Source: Octopus sinensis
Taxonomy: Eukaryota
DNA: 64,000 nucleotides
Assembly (NCBI RefSeq): GCF_006345805.1
Contig: NC_043002.1
Span: 59,644,001 to 59,708,000, forward strand
Reading direction: 5' to 3'
Shown: piece by piece, positions 22,991-34,953 of the stretch
Position numbering within the stretch: position 1 is the first letter of the stretch
How the letters are laid out: each line of letters begins with the position of its first letter
Notes under the pieces: model-generated
Seen by the model: the letters and a program-made list of their open reading frames with translations, nothing else
The model's database searches: none
Told to the model about the DNA's origin: nothing
Program-made: the position numbers and the translations under genes

Positions 22991-23193
22991 GTTTTAGCTC
23001 CAGGAAAACATCTTTCCCAGCTGCAAATCGACACACAGTTTGTGTCCGTATATAGCATTTCCAAGGGAGGTCATCGCTCCCGTCTCTGGCCTTACGTGAT
23101 ACACTCACGTAAGTCTAGAGATGGGAGGGATAATCTCCCTTGCAAATGTTATACGATAGCCAGCTGGAAACGATAATGTCCTGAGGTTAAAAC
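22991..23193. other. ~200-nt imperfect fold-back (rod-like) element
   Basis: Nested complementary blocks: ttttagctccagga/tcctgaggttaaaa, tttcccagctg/cagctggaaa, cgtata/tatacg, caagggag/ctcccttg, ctcccgtctctgg/ctagagatgggag, cttacgtga/tcacgtaag around a 5-nt loop. Confidence 0.85.
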
Positions 23194-23754
23194 CACAGTG
23201 ACACCATCCTTTATAGGAATATCACGTTCTGTTGGTGTATAAGCTTTACTATTTGGTACTATTACTCTATATCTTTGGCTCAAAAATTTAAGCCAAATTG
23301 TTTTGCTTTATTTTAATACTTTCCAATGTTATTTGACTTAAAATGAAAACATATTTCAAGTATTTTCATCGCGCTATTTTCTGATTTGTTGTAGCTCTGT
23401 TTATTCTCTGCAGTTTGATTTTATAATGTTTGAAAGCTGAATGAATTTCTCATATATATATGATGATTAACTGCCAAGAAGAAAACGCTAAAGAATTTAT
23501 CCGAGAACTCAAATGACAGAAAGATGACTTAAAGAAAGTTTGTGAGAAGCAGACATGGGCATATTATATTTCATATGTATCACACATGCATGCATGCATA
23601 CATACATACATACATACATACATACATACATACATACATACTACTACATACATCAACATAATACTACATACATACATGCATACATACATACATACATACA
23701 TACATACATACATACATACATACATACATACATACATACTTACTTTGTAACCAC

Positions 23755-23945
23755 AAGTGAATGGTTGGCGATTTTTCCCCTTCGCCTTCCTTTTCTATTG
23801 GACTTTCCTCTGTCTCCTTTTTCTGACGAAGAGCTTTGCTCGAAACGTAAAACCACTTTTCTTTCCTTCCCTGAGCGTCTGCTAATACTTTACACGTACC
23901 ACATCCTCGTGTTGTTGCTTTGTGTGTTTTTTCTTCGTTTTTTTA
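23755..23945 (+). mobile_element. Penelope pseudo-LTR-like repeat, family B-HHR
   Basis: Homologous to the reverse complements at 43690-43860 and 44910-45080; sits between (TACA)n and (TG)n arrays. Confidence 0.7.
23818..23852 (+). ncRNA. Minimal hammerhead motif with intact core (family B-HHR)
   Basis: UUU-CUGACGA-A-GAGC(UUU)GCUC-GAA-ACGU-A/AAA; stem I only 3 bp. Confidence 0.65.
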
Positions 23946-23992
23946 AATTTACTATATATTTATGCGTGTGTCTGCGTGTGTGTGTGTTGTGT

Positions 23993-24046
<54 letters not shown>

Positions 24047-24289
24047 TATGTGTGTATTTGAAAAAATGATTAGAAATGGCTTTGATAATTTTTCAGATTT
24101 AATAATTCGAAGTTTACAAAAGGTGACTTTCATCGGAGCTTCTCACTTAAAACCGGTATTCAAACTGTATATATGTATATATACAAATATGCATATAACC
24201 ATTCATACAAACGCGTATACACAAACATGCATGCATATATATGCATATACACATACATACACACACACACGCACACATATATATATTCT

Positions 24290-24490
24290 TTTATTCTTTT
24301 ACATGTTTCAGTCATTTTGACTGTGGTCATGCTGAAGGACCGCGTTTGAGTCGAAGAAATCGACCCCTGGACTTATTCTTTGTAAGCGTGGTACTTATTC
24401 TATTGGTCTTTTTCATTGAACCGCTATGTTACGGGGATGTAAACACACCAAGATCGGTTGTGACGTCAATGTGCGGGGACAAACACCCAA
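24290..24490 (-). mobile_element. SINE family A, 3' half
   Basis: tgtttcagtcattttgactgtggtcatgctgaagga...gaaccgctatgttacggggatgtaaacacacc. Confidence 0.85.
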
Positions 24491-24544
24491 ACAAACACTC
24501 AAATATATACATACACACATATATATATTGTGTGTGTGTATACG

Positions 24545-24845
24545 AAATGGGACAAGAACGCAAATCATCAAGACAGTTAGGTGATACAAGAAAGGAGCAA
24601 CATCCAGATAGACAATACAAAGAAAACAAGGACGGGTCATTCGGAGTTTTCTTTCCTCAGCCGGCTGGTTGTACTCGAGATTGCTCCAATCTGGTCAGCC
24701 CCAAGGAAAAACTAACCTAAGAGCATTAGATTCCTTGGAACAAAGCAGCCAATGAATATAAAAACAAGGACGTAAAAAAACGGAGACGTTTACAGAAATA
24801 CAAATAACAGGATATAACAACAGGTGTCTTTCGACTAAGGACGAG
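24545..24845. repeat. Dispersed repeat X, third copy
   Basis: Matches 6740-7385. Confidence 0.85.
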
Positions 24846-24849
24846 ATGG

Positions 24850-25030
24850 AGTTTACTAAAATAACACAAAACGAAGGCAGGTGGTGTAGAAAACAAACCG
24901 ATGTATTAGTTTAATGTGAAGGTGAAAAAGTCTTTTATGTTTCGAGCCTACGCTCTTCAACGGAATGGTACACGAGGAAATAAACAGAGAGAATAAAAAG
25001 AGAAATCTTTAGTAGCAAGCAGTGAATCAT
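24850..25030 (-). mobile_element. pLTR-like repeat family B2-HHR with degenerate hammerhead at 24930-24968
   Basis: CCGUUGA-A-GAGC(GUAG)GCUC-GAAACAUA/AAAGAC; homologous to 37320-37495. Confidence 0.7.
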
Positions 25031-25069
25031 GGCGATATATACATATATATATGTAGGAAACGACTAATA

Positions 25070-25106
<37 letters not shown>

Positions 25107-25345
25107 TATATACATCACGTAATCACGCGCCGCTTAGTCGGAGAATCGAACTCAGGAACTGGTGATCTTTTTGTATATGTGTGTATCTGACAGTGACGGG
25201 GGGCGTTAAAGGGGCGTACAGAAAAATGGAAAAGCAGCCACAATGGACGTGAACACGCTCATCCCTCATCAGCTCTCGGCCAAATATCATCACTATTTCA
25301 GCTATACTTCTATCAAGATGTATATGCATGGCTATCTCTCTTTCT

Positions 25346-25378
<33 letters not shown>

Positions 25379-25427
25379 ATCTGTCTATCCCTCTTCGTCT
25401 GTATACATATATACATGTATACACAAC

Positions 25428-25471
<44 letters not shown>

Positions 25472-26054
25472 AACGAGTGTATGACGAACAAATCGATCTC
25501 AGTACTTATATATTTTTCAATCTTATTCTCAGTGCCTTTTCTGTCGAGTGCTAAATTATGGGGACCTAAACACATTAAAACAGGTTATCTAGCGAAAGTA
25601 GGTGAACAGAGATACAAAGACACACACACACACACACGCATATTTAATGTATAGCATTTATGGTTAATTGAGTAACTGGAATAGAATTTTGGGTGACCCT
25701 TGTGTACATTTTGTTGTTATTCATGAGACTTAGGCCCTGAAGTAGTTCTTTTGAACTCCTTATATTTCCAGTTTAAAAAAAAACGATTCGCTTTTTAGCC
25801 TAACACTTGTATAGCTGTTTTATGTTGTATAGTATTTTATACACTAGCATACATTCTTCATTGAATTTACTTCAGCAAAGGTGTTAGACTGTCTGGTAAT
25901 TGTATTTCACTCACAATTGGACGATATTGTCTTCAACTCTTTGACGGGGTAGTGCCTGATTTTCTTGAGCAAAACACTCCATTTTGTGTTGCTCCACTGA
26001 GTAACCCTACGACTCTCTGGTATCCTGTTGAAGAAAATGTTGCGATTTCGGTCA

Positions 26055-26154
26055 NNNNNNNNNNNNNNNNNNNNNNNNNNNNNNNNNNNNNNNNNNNNNN
26101 NNNNNNNNNNNNNNNNNNNNNNNNNNNNNNNNNNNNNNNNNNNNNNNNNNNNNN
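26055..26154. other. Assembly gap (100 N)
   Basis: Run of exactly 100 N next to a (TA)n tract; a family-B SINE fragment lies at ~25960-26000. Confidence 0.98.
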
Positions 26155-26192
<38 letters not shown>

Positions 26193-26479
26193 ATATAAAC
26201 ATAAACTGATAGATGTTAGATACATTTATATGTATTTATATATATATATATATATATACATCCATGCAGTATGTATGTATATATGTATGTGTGCGCGGGG
26301 ATTCGTGTATGTTTGTACTGTCAGAGGTGAGTTGGAAGCGCGGCAACTCAACGAAAGTTTTGAGCATATTACAAATATTCCATACTGCACGCCTCTGCTT
26401 GATATGGTTTGACGGCTTCTCTTTTTGAAATAGATAGAGTAGTGTGCTGTGTTCCAACCACCATATAGAAAAAGAAAAC

Positions 26480-27650
26480 GAAAGCAAAAATCCAAAATGG
26501 AATTTCAAGATGACATTGCTTGACTGAAACATAATTTTATATACCGCGAACGGATGAAAAACAAACATAACCTCTTTGGGATTTCCAATCAGAATATAAA
26601 AAGCCTGGGGAAATGCCAAAATTCCGACTCTTATATAATTCTGAAAATCCCCAGCCATTAATAATTCGTTACAAACCATGGGTTTATGGATGTTTATCAT
26701 ATGAAATCGCCCGCAGCACCTTGTCGACTCGATACTGCAGGGATCAAAGCAAGTTCATCTCAGTAGGATTTGAACGTAAAGAGAGGGACGATTATCGCTG
26801 TTAATGATACTATCGAAAAGAAACAACTTTGATATTGAAAAAGCCAAAGAAAGGAAAGGCTGTTGTAAATTATCGACCATTCATCTGAATACATTTTGGG
26901 GAGGAATTATTAACAGGCACTCTTTCCTTTTCAAATAAAAGTAACAAATGAGTTCATTCAAGAAGGATTGAAGAGGGAACTCAAATTGCACCGTAGCCTA
27001 TATGGTCATTCACGAAGTGATACTTATGAAATTCAGACGACGAAATTTGGCTTACTTGAGTAAACGTCGACGACGTATTTTCTCCTTCTAAATTGTTGTC
27101 TCATGCTGGTTGTTTGCCAAGGCAGAACACCAACACCGTCGGTGCTAAGTATGGCTGAGTTGAAAACAAATTTAATGTTGAACAAGAAATCGTTGGTGGG
27201 AGCAAGCCGTTAAAGGAGACATCTTCAAAGGTGGTACTCTCTCCCCTTTGTTATTTGCTAAGGCGTTTATGAATGACGCTTAGAAATATCAATAGAAGCT
27301 ACAAACCCGGGAAAATGCATTCTTCTACATAATCTATTCCTCGTCAACGATAGAAAGATACTTGTAAAATCAGTAAAAAAGCTGTATTTATTTGTTCAAA
27401 CAATACAGGGTTATTTCATGGATATTAGAATGAAGATTGATGTATTTAAATGTTAAAGTTTGGGGAGAAAGAGAGGGAAAGGTTCACACATTAATGGAAC
27501 GTATTTAACGGAAGAATATAGTTTAGAAATTAATAACAATGGACAAATGTATAGAGCCATATTGGAAGATAGCGGTTTTACGCAGAGGAAAATATTTCAA
27601 ACGACCTATTTGAAACCATTAAATCTTGTATTGAAATTCAAATGAGATTC
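26480..27650 (+). mobile_element. Decayed R4/Dong-type LINE, reverse-transcriptase region
   Basis: TLILKKPKKGKAVVNYRP (26826-26879), GDIFKGGTLSPLLF (~27215-27260; cf. GIFQGDSLSPLLF), HNLFLVNDRK / FVQTIQGYFMDIRMKIDVFKC (cf. HLLFMDDLK...DIGMxFGxxKC); many stops and frameshifts. Confidence 0.8.
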
Positions 27651-27837
27651 AAAAAATTTGATAAATGCGAACATGCTGGCAGCTGCTGTCGTTCGTTATA
27701 GTACTGGAAGACAAATATGTGCCTTAAACTAATGGCTCTCAACCGTTTTTTTTTCCTATGGATCTCGTCGATTCCTATTCTAGTCAACTGGACCCTAACC
27801 CTATTCATTCATTGTTTTAAAATATCTTATTATATAT

Positions 27838-28001
27838 AGGCGCATGAGTAGCTGTGTGGTAAAAAGCTTGCTTCCGAACTACATGGTTCCGTGTTCAGTC
27901 CCACTGCGTGGCAACTTCGACAAGTGTCATCTGTTGTAGCCTCAAGCCGACCAAAGCCTTGAGAGTGGATTTGGTAAATTGAAACTCAAAGAAGCTCGTC
28001 T

Positions 28002-28005
<4 letters not shown>
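27838..28005 (+). mobile_element. SINE family A, 5' half
   Basis: aggcgcatgagtagctgtgtggtaa...ttcagtcccactgcgtggcaac...gtggatttggtaa. Confidence 0.9.
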
Positions 28006-28077
<72 letters not shown>

Positions 28078-28101
28078 TGTATGTATGTGTGTGTGTGTGT
28101 A

Positions 28102-28137
<36 letters not shown>

Positions 28138-28144
28138 TATATAC

Positions 28145-28630
28145 AATGGTTGTATACTGTCAATCTAACACGAACGTGACAGTAGGGGGGTACACCACCG
28201 CTGTATAGCCCTAGGAAGCATCGACGCCTCCTGATGGCTTTGACACATTTTTCCCTGTGTCCTTATATACATTTACGAAGGGGAGACAAACACCCCCGGC
28301 CGCCGGAGCTGCATCTAGGGACACGTGTTTCAGGATCATTGTCCTTCATCGGCCTAGAGTAGCAGACACCGGTCAGCTGGCGATATCTGTCTCGACTTCG
28401 TATTGTATATATCTATAATTCAGTGAAGTCTATTCACTGATTATCAAAATAAGAAATGCTAAATTTCTAAATCTCTCGTAGAGACATGTACGGTGGTGGG
28501 GCGATAGAATGGTTGTATACTGTCAATCTAACACGAACGTGACAGTAGGGGGGGTACACCACCGCTGTATAGCCCTAGGAAGCATCGACGCCTCCTGATG
28601 GACAATGATCCTGAAACACGTGTCCCAGTT
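28145..28630. mobile_element. Element with 93/94-bp direct repeats and inverted hammerhead segments (family D-HHR)
   Basis: Direct repeats 28145-28237 and 28508-28601 are identical except for one G in a G-run; segment 28318-28344 is the reverse complement of 28600-28626. Confidence 0.85.
28314..28358 (-). ncRNA. Minimal type-I hammerhead with U4C core variant (family D-HHR)
   Basis: UCUAGG-CCGAUGA-AGGA(CAAUGA)UCCU-GAA-ACACGUGU-C/CCUAGA: perfect 6-bp stem I, 4-bp stem II, 8-nt palindromic stem III, GUC site between 28320 and 28319. Confidence 0.75.
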
Positions 28631-29034
28631 TCTTGCACATATGTTTTTAACAACTAATTCGTATACGGATCGGCAAGGTTTATATAGAACCCGGCTGTGA
28701 GCGACTGCTTGAGACCGTAAAACAGGAAACACACTTATATATGAATTGGTGCATCTTAAAACAAATGTCAGTCGGTGATACATGAGACGGGAGTTTGAAA
28801 GTAGACGACTTAATAGAACTTTTTTTATTGTCTTGACAAGGTAAATATCAATGAATCACCACGTTGTAAACAGCAAAGAAGCACTTAATACTATTCCTAT
28901 GCTATGAGATACACAGGACATATTTCCCTGGCACATGTGTCATAAATAATACACATTCTTAATTTTCCTCAACCATCAGAGTATTTTAGGACTTATGAAA
29001 GGAAAGCATTATCTTACTTAATAAAATAAATGCG

Positions 29035-29520
29035 CCTTTTTAAAGCCTAGCCAGTTTCCCGGTTTCAATGGCGTATGTGTTCTCCAGCAAGATGGGACGC
29101 CAGTCCATCGCAGTGTTACTCATTTTTGCCAGCTGAGTGGACTGGAGCAACGTGAAAACAAGTGTTTTGCTCAAGATCACAACGCGTCGGCCCGGTACAG
29201 GAATCGAAGCCACACTCTTACGATCATGATGCTGACACCCTAACCACTAATCCACGTGCCTCCACAAAAATGTTCCTTCTTGAGCCATGCCAGGCTCATA
29301 AGGGCCGGTTTCCCGGTTTCAGTGGCGTAGAAATTCCCCACCTGGATGGGACGCCGGTCCGTCGTAGGATTACTCATATTTGCCAGCTGAGTGGACTGGA
29401 GCAACGTGAAATGAAGTGCTTTGCTCAAGAACACAACGCATCGCCCGGCCCAGGAATAGAAACCACAGCCTTATGATCACGAATTCAACACCCTAACCAC
29501 TAAGCCACGCACCTCCACAT
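29035..29520 (-). mobile_element. Two tandem SINE family B copies (subfamily with a different 3' tail)
   Basis: ~29035-29270 and ~29275-29520, both with ccagctgagtggactggagcaacgtgaaa...ccctaaccactaa.ccacg. Confidence 0.9.
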
Positions 29521-29549
29521 TATCTCACTTAGAACATAGAAAACAAAGG

Positions 29550-30230
29550 ATGATTAAAAGTTTGAAACAAACATGGGCATTTAAGACAAATTTATGAACA
29601 TGCTTTGAGCAGAAAAAGGTTGAAACGTGATGCTATCGGACTAGTATTGGACCATTCTCAACTTTAAAAATGAACATAACAAAGTTGGATAACCCATGAA
29701 AGAATGGAACCGTTATGCAGTTCTTTGGAAAATTCTAGAGTTACCAAGAATGTGAAAAATTATCAACAATCTTATGAGTGGATCAGGTGAGAGAATTTAA
29801 AGAGAAAATAGACGAGATTTTTGAAGCCCACTTAAGCTCAACGTGTAAACATGAATTCAGAGAATACCATATTTATTGCACTGTTTCACCGAACAAGTAC
29901 CCTATATGTAATCAAAATGGAAACTATCGGTCATATTCTAGCAGGTTGCAAACGTTCACACAGAAAGAACACAACGACGACTGGCGGGATAAGGTTGGTC
30001 TCAATTAACACTGATCACAAGAAAAAAATATGAATACTTGACTTCAGACAAGTGATGCAAATTACCTACCAGAAAAGACTGTTAATGAATATAATAAACC
30101 AGAACTTCTCTGCGATTTTGACATTCAGACAGAATAATTGAATACTGTAGACTAGATATCATTATATGCGACATTAAAAAAAAGTGAATGCCTCATAATA
30201 GACGCTAGCGTTTATCGCTACATCTATTGC
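29550..30230 (+). mobile_element. Decayed R4/Dong-type LINE, zinc-knuckle and RLE region
   Basis: ETIGHILAGC..TQKEHNDDWRDKV (cf. ETxxHIxxGC..AQxEYKxRHDxV) and LCDFDIQT..IIEYCRLDIIICDIKK.ECLIIDA (cf. LWDFxIQTDxxIExxRPDIVxxDK..CxIIDVA). Confidence 0.8.
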
Positions 30231-30559
30231 GAGGCAGACAGAAATTTGTTTTATCTTTCATTTTTTAGCTTTTATCCTTACCTCTCTCAGTTACTGCATT
30301 GGGATCGTGCTACTGCAATGCCATGAAGGGTTTATTCGAACAAATGGATCCTTTTTACTTATGCGTTATTTTGGGGTTATTTATTTTTTCGTTAAGTTTT
30401 TACTCATTTAATCGGTCTCATGTGCTAAACTATTAGAATACGGTTATTAGAATACCGGTTACCAAGTAGTATATACCGGTGGTTTATAAATGTACAAACA
30501 CACATATACTCAAACAAAAAAAAAATCCACACGTATACAAACACAAACAAACACACATG

Positions 30560-30725
30560 TAGGTGACAGGTTTCCACACGGTTCCGCTTTACCCAATTTA
30601 CTCCAAAGTTTATAGTCGGCATGGAGTCATAATAGAAGAGGGTTGCTCAAAAAGTCGCCATGTGGGACTGAACCTGAAACCACATGGTTGCAAAGCGAAC
30701 TGCTTAACCACCAAGCCATGCTTAG
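30560..30725 (-). mobile_element. Diverged SINE A-like 5' half
   Basis: ccatgtgggactgaacctgaaaccacatggttgcaaagcgaactgcttaaccacc. Confidence 0.7.
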
Positions 30726-31609
30726 ACCTATAAACATTGAAAACTTTGCAAATAAAGAAGTATAAAATGATTTCAGATATGCTAAACAATTTGTAGAAAT
30801 AGCAAGAGCCAACGGTAAAATTGAAAACGAAAAAATTGATGTTCGTCTTCGTGAGTATGGTCGGTAGATTGGAGAATGATGTCTTACGATATACATCGTA
30901 GTTAAGGGGTTTTAAGTGGTGCCTCTAAACAATTTGAGATCAATCGAAAGGCTTCGATAGGTTTGACGCCCGTGATATACGGGCTGTGGTAAAGCTAACA
31001 AATTTGCTTTCGAGGACTGGATTACTGTAAGGCAAAGCAGTGTCTTTACAACGATCAAAATGAACCACCGTCTACGGGAACTATTCTACATCAAATAGTC
31101 TGTTCGCCGTCTAACCCCACCTCACCCTGGTATAAGTGTTGGTTCTCAAGCCACAGCTGTAGAAACTATATTGGTTGAGGAGGAACCGTTCAAAATGGTA
31201 CGCCACAAAAAACCAATGCGGCAGCCTAATGGTGTCGGGCATCAGGGATATCAAGGAGGTCGTACCAATCTAAAAAAATATTAGGCGACGACTGCGGCGA
31301 AGATTGAGATTTCCATGGACTTGCAGCTTTGTACCGGACGTTAGGAATATCCGTACAGGGGACAGATTCCAGTTAAGTGACTCAATTCTTGGTTGGGTGA
31401 AGATTTACAGCTGGTTACGGATCTGCAGCTGAATACGTGAAAATGGTCAATGTTACTCAGAAAAAGGTTGAGTGGAATCCTCCTCATCAGCTTCTGGACT
31501 CGTAAGACTCATAGGGTTGATGTCTTGGGGTTTCCATGGGCTATAAATAACAAAGATCATAATATTACCCCTGAAGAGGATGCCAGTCGTTTGGTGGGAA
31601 AGTTATTTA

Positions 31610-31745
31610 TAGCCGAGTGAACTGGAGCAAAGTGAAACGAAGTGCTTTGCTGAGGGACACAACGCACTACCCGAATCGGGAATCGAACCACGATTTTGCT
31701 ATTATAACTTCAAGAATGCAACACCCTAACCACTGGGCAACACAT
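31610..31745 (-). mobile_element. SINE family B 5' half
   Basis: gccgagtgaactggagcaaagtgaaacgaagtgctttgctgagggacacaacgc...gggaatcgaacc...ccctaaccactggg. Confidence 0.8.
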
Positions 31746-32925
31746 CTGAAAAGAGGATAACTGTGAAATCCTGGACAAAAGGTAGTGACTCGTATATCAG
31801 CGCCGTAATATAGTACAACGTGGTCATCGCATCTTGGTCCAGTTTTCGTCGCAACAGACTTGACCGCTTTTATTTCAATTCTTTGGAAATGATGCATCCC
31901 GCTTATCAGGAAAGTCATCTGCTTCCAGCAATCTTTTGAGAAATGGGTCGGTTTGTCACGGCTGGTGATGCACAGATATGCGCCGAGGCTGCGATATATT
32001 TTCAAAAACTTTTTGGAACGGTGAGTAGTTGTAATCACCTTTTTTCAAATGAGTTTTGTTGCAGCTTATCTTAACTATTCGGTCTGAAAGCACCTAACAT
32101 CAAACTCATGAGAGCCTTCTAATAATAATAATAATGATAATAATACGGTGGGTAGAAGTTCGAATATAACGTTCTGTACAGATGTAGTCCTTGGAAAGTG
32201 CAGCGAGGTTCTGGGAGAAACTTTGAGCAGGGTTAACAATGAAGTAGCCGTTGTGTCGGACATGGCTTTCCACTCAAAGACTATAGACAAATATAAGGAA
32301 AGCCTGGTTCGGCAGTACTAGCGAAAAGCATCACAGGTTCGGGAAATGCTCTGCCCAAGATCGGTGAGCATTAATGAAACAGTATCGTATATGCTTTCGG
32401 ATGAAAGCCTTCTGTTTTCTGCCGAGGGCTTATATGCCCCTTTATTAGACTATTTTCCTTAGTCATTGCACGGTGACCGCCATAAGCTTTAAGCTTATAT
32501 ACAAAAAAATATATATTTATTCAGTGTCTCGGGATTTGGGACTTCTGATAAGTTATCAAACAATTTCTGCCATGTGTATCAAATATCGTACAATCGACTT
32601 AGCTTATCGTGAGATCACACAATTGGCTTTTATTTCGTAGTATCCACGACGAAATATCCTGTGTTGTGTAGGCGAGTGAAAAAAACAAAAAAAAACTGGA
32701 GAAATTTTCTAGATCAGCCGAAAGCACACGAAAATTTCTAGAAGACACTAAACAAGGAAATGTTGCCACTCGGTAAATCTGATTACAATCGATGAGAAAA
32801 GAAAAACCAACTGAAACGAACGGACATATTCAATAGCATACGTCATACGGTTACAGATGATGGATGAGCGAGAGAGGTCCACTTGGTGCTGAAGGTGAAC
32901 AAGCTGACATAGGATTTGTAATGAC

Positions 32926-33035
32926 CTGGACCGGCCCCAGGAAGTTCCTCCAACTCCCAGGGCATCGAAGTTGCTTTTTCACCGCTTCATTGTTATTTCT
33001 TGCAAATTTTTCATTTTCCTTTTTCTCCGGTTCAC
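32926..33035 (-). CDS. Candidate internal exon (110 nt, phase 1-0; could read on to a stop at 32851)
   Basis: catttggtgtttacag|GTGAACCGGAG...GTCCAG|gtcatt; EPEKKENEKFARNNNEAVKKQLRCPGSWRNFLGPVQ; strong acceptor, weak donor. Confidence 0.3.
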
Positions 33036-33128
33036 CTGTAAACACCAAATGTATAGCTTGTCGTATTGTTTTGTATTTCAACCTCAATTTATTTGAGCGC
33101 CCTTGGCCAGTAAAGAAAACATTTATAA

Positions 33129-33192
<64 letters not shown>

Positions 33193-33469
33193 CATCATTA
33201 TTATTATTATTATCATTATTATTATTATTATTGCTGCTGTTCTTGTTGTTGTTATTGTCTTTGTTGTTTCTCTTTTCAGTAACAAACAATTCAAATAAAT
33301 GAGCATATAGCATCGTTACTTTCAAACTTTCAGACAGATAAGGAAATAGCCGTGCGGGAGTCCTGCTTACAGGATATATCACGTGAAGAGCAGGGTGAGC
33401 AAGTGAAGTTATCGCGCACGCAACCATTCCCCTTCCATTTATACATGTATAATACAGGCATACATACAT

Positions 33470-33519
<50 letters not shown>

Positions 33520-33700
33520 ATAGAATGAAAGGCAGATGTACGTGTACATGTAGGTACATATCTTTATACATGTATACATATATATATATGTATATATATA
33601 TATAATATATATTATATATTATATATATATATATATATGGATATATATACATTATACACACACACACATATATATATATACCTACATACATATATATATA

Positions 33701-33735
<35 letters not shown>

Positions 33736-34303
33736 ACATACGTATGGATATACATACATATATACCGTAGATATTTCAAGAGATAAGGCGGTATGTTTAG
33801 TGAGATAGTGGACGGTGATAGAGAGATTTAGAAATAGTGCAACTTAAATGGAGAATAGATGGAAGAGTGATTGAGAGTGAGAGAGAGATAGAAGGAGGAG
33901 GAGAAGGAGGGAAAGAGGTAAGGTAGAGAGAAAGAGAACAGGAAAGAGTGAGAGGCAGAAGGAAAGAAAGAAAGAAAGAGAGAATGAAAAAGACTATAAA
34001 CAGAAAAACGGTAGTGAAGGAGTGTGAAGGAGATGTTTGACTGATCTCACGGGTTAGAAACAAGCTAATAGTTGCTAGTGTTTTAATTAATGTCTATTGT
34101 TCTGTAACATAGAAAATACCATGCCACAGCAATAAGCTTACCATTGAAAAAGCCGAGCAATGCTATCAGGTGAACTTGTGTTACTACATAACTATAGTGT
34201 TCTCAGCACAATCAAACACATAGAATCGTTCAAGAGACAAAAAGATCAAACCAAAAAATAATATCAACTAATGCTTGTTCTTCTTGGAATGAGGACAGCT
34301 CAC

Positions 34304-34376
34304 TAAATTCTGCCGGCAAGCTGCTGCTGCTGCTGCTGTTTTTGTTGTTGTTGTTGTATTTGTTGGGAAGTCTTGA
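34304..34376 (-). CDS. Candidate low-complexity exon (73 nt, phase 0-1)
   Basis: caacggtag|TCAAGACTTCCC...GAATTTA|gtgagc; [24 protein letters not shown]; weak acceptor, built on (CAA)/(CAG) repeats. Confidence 0.15.
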
Positions 34377-34553
34377 CTACCGTTGCAGTGGAACGATATA
34401 CATAGATTTTACATACGTGCACGCGCGCACAGACATTTACACAGAGGAACACACATACATTATATATGTATATATATATATATCTTTTTACTAATTTCAG
34501 CTTGAGAAGCTCGCCCATGTTGGAGCACCACATATATGTACGTGCTGCAAAGT

Positions 34554-34605
<52 letters not shown>

Positions 34606-34660
34606 TGAGTGTGCGCCCACAGACACACACATATATATATTTATATATTTATCTAAAAAT

Positions 34661-34701
<41 letters not shown>

Positions 34702-34774
34702 TTATATTTTATATGATCATATATTTATGCATGAGTGTAAGTTCGTGAATGCATGTATGTATTCTATCAGTCTG

Positions 34775-34845
<71 letters not shown>

Positions 34846-34898
34846 CTCTATCTATGTACCTATCTACCTGTCTTTCTATCTATCTGTCTTTTTATCAA

Positions 34899-34953
<55 letters not shown>

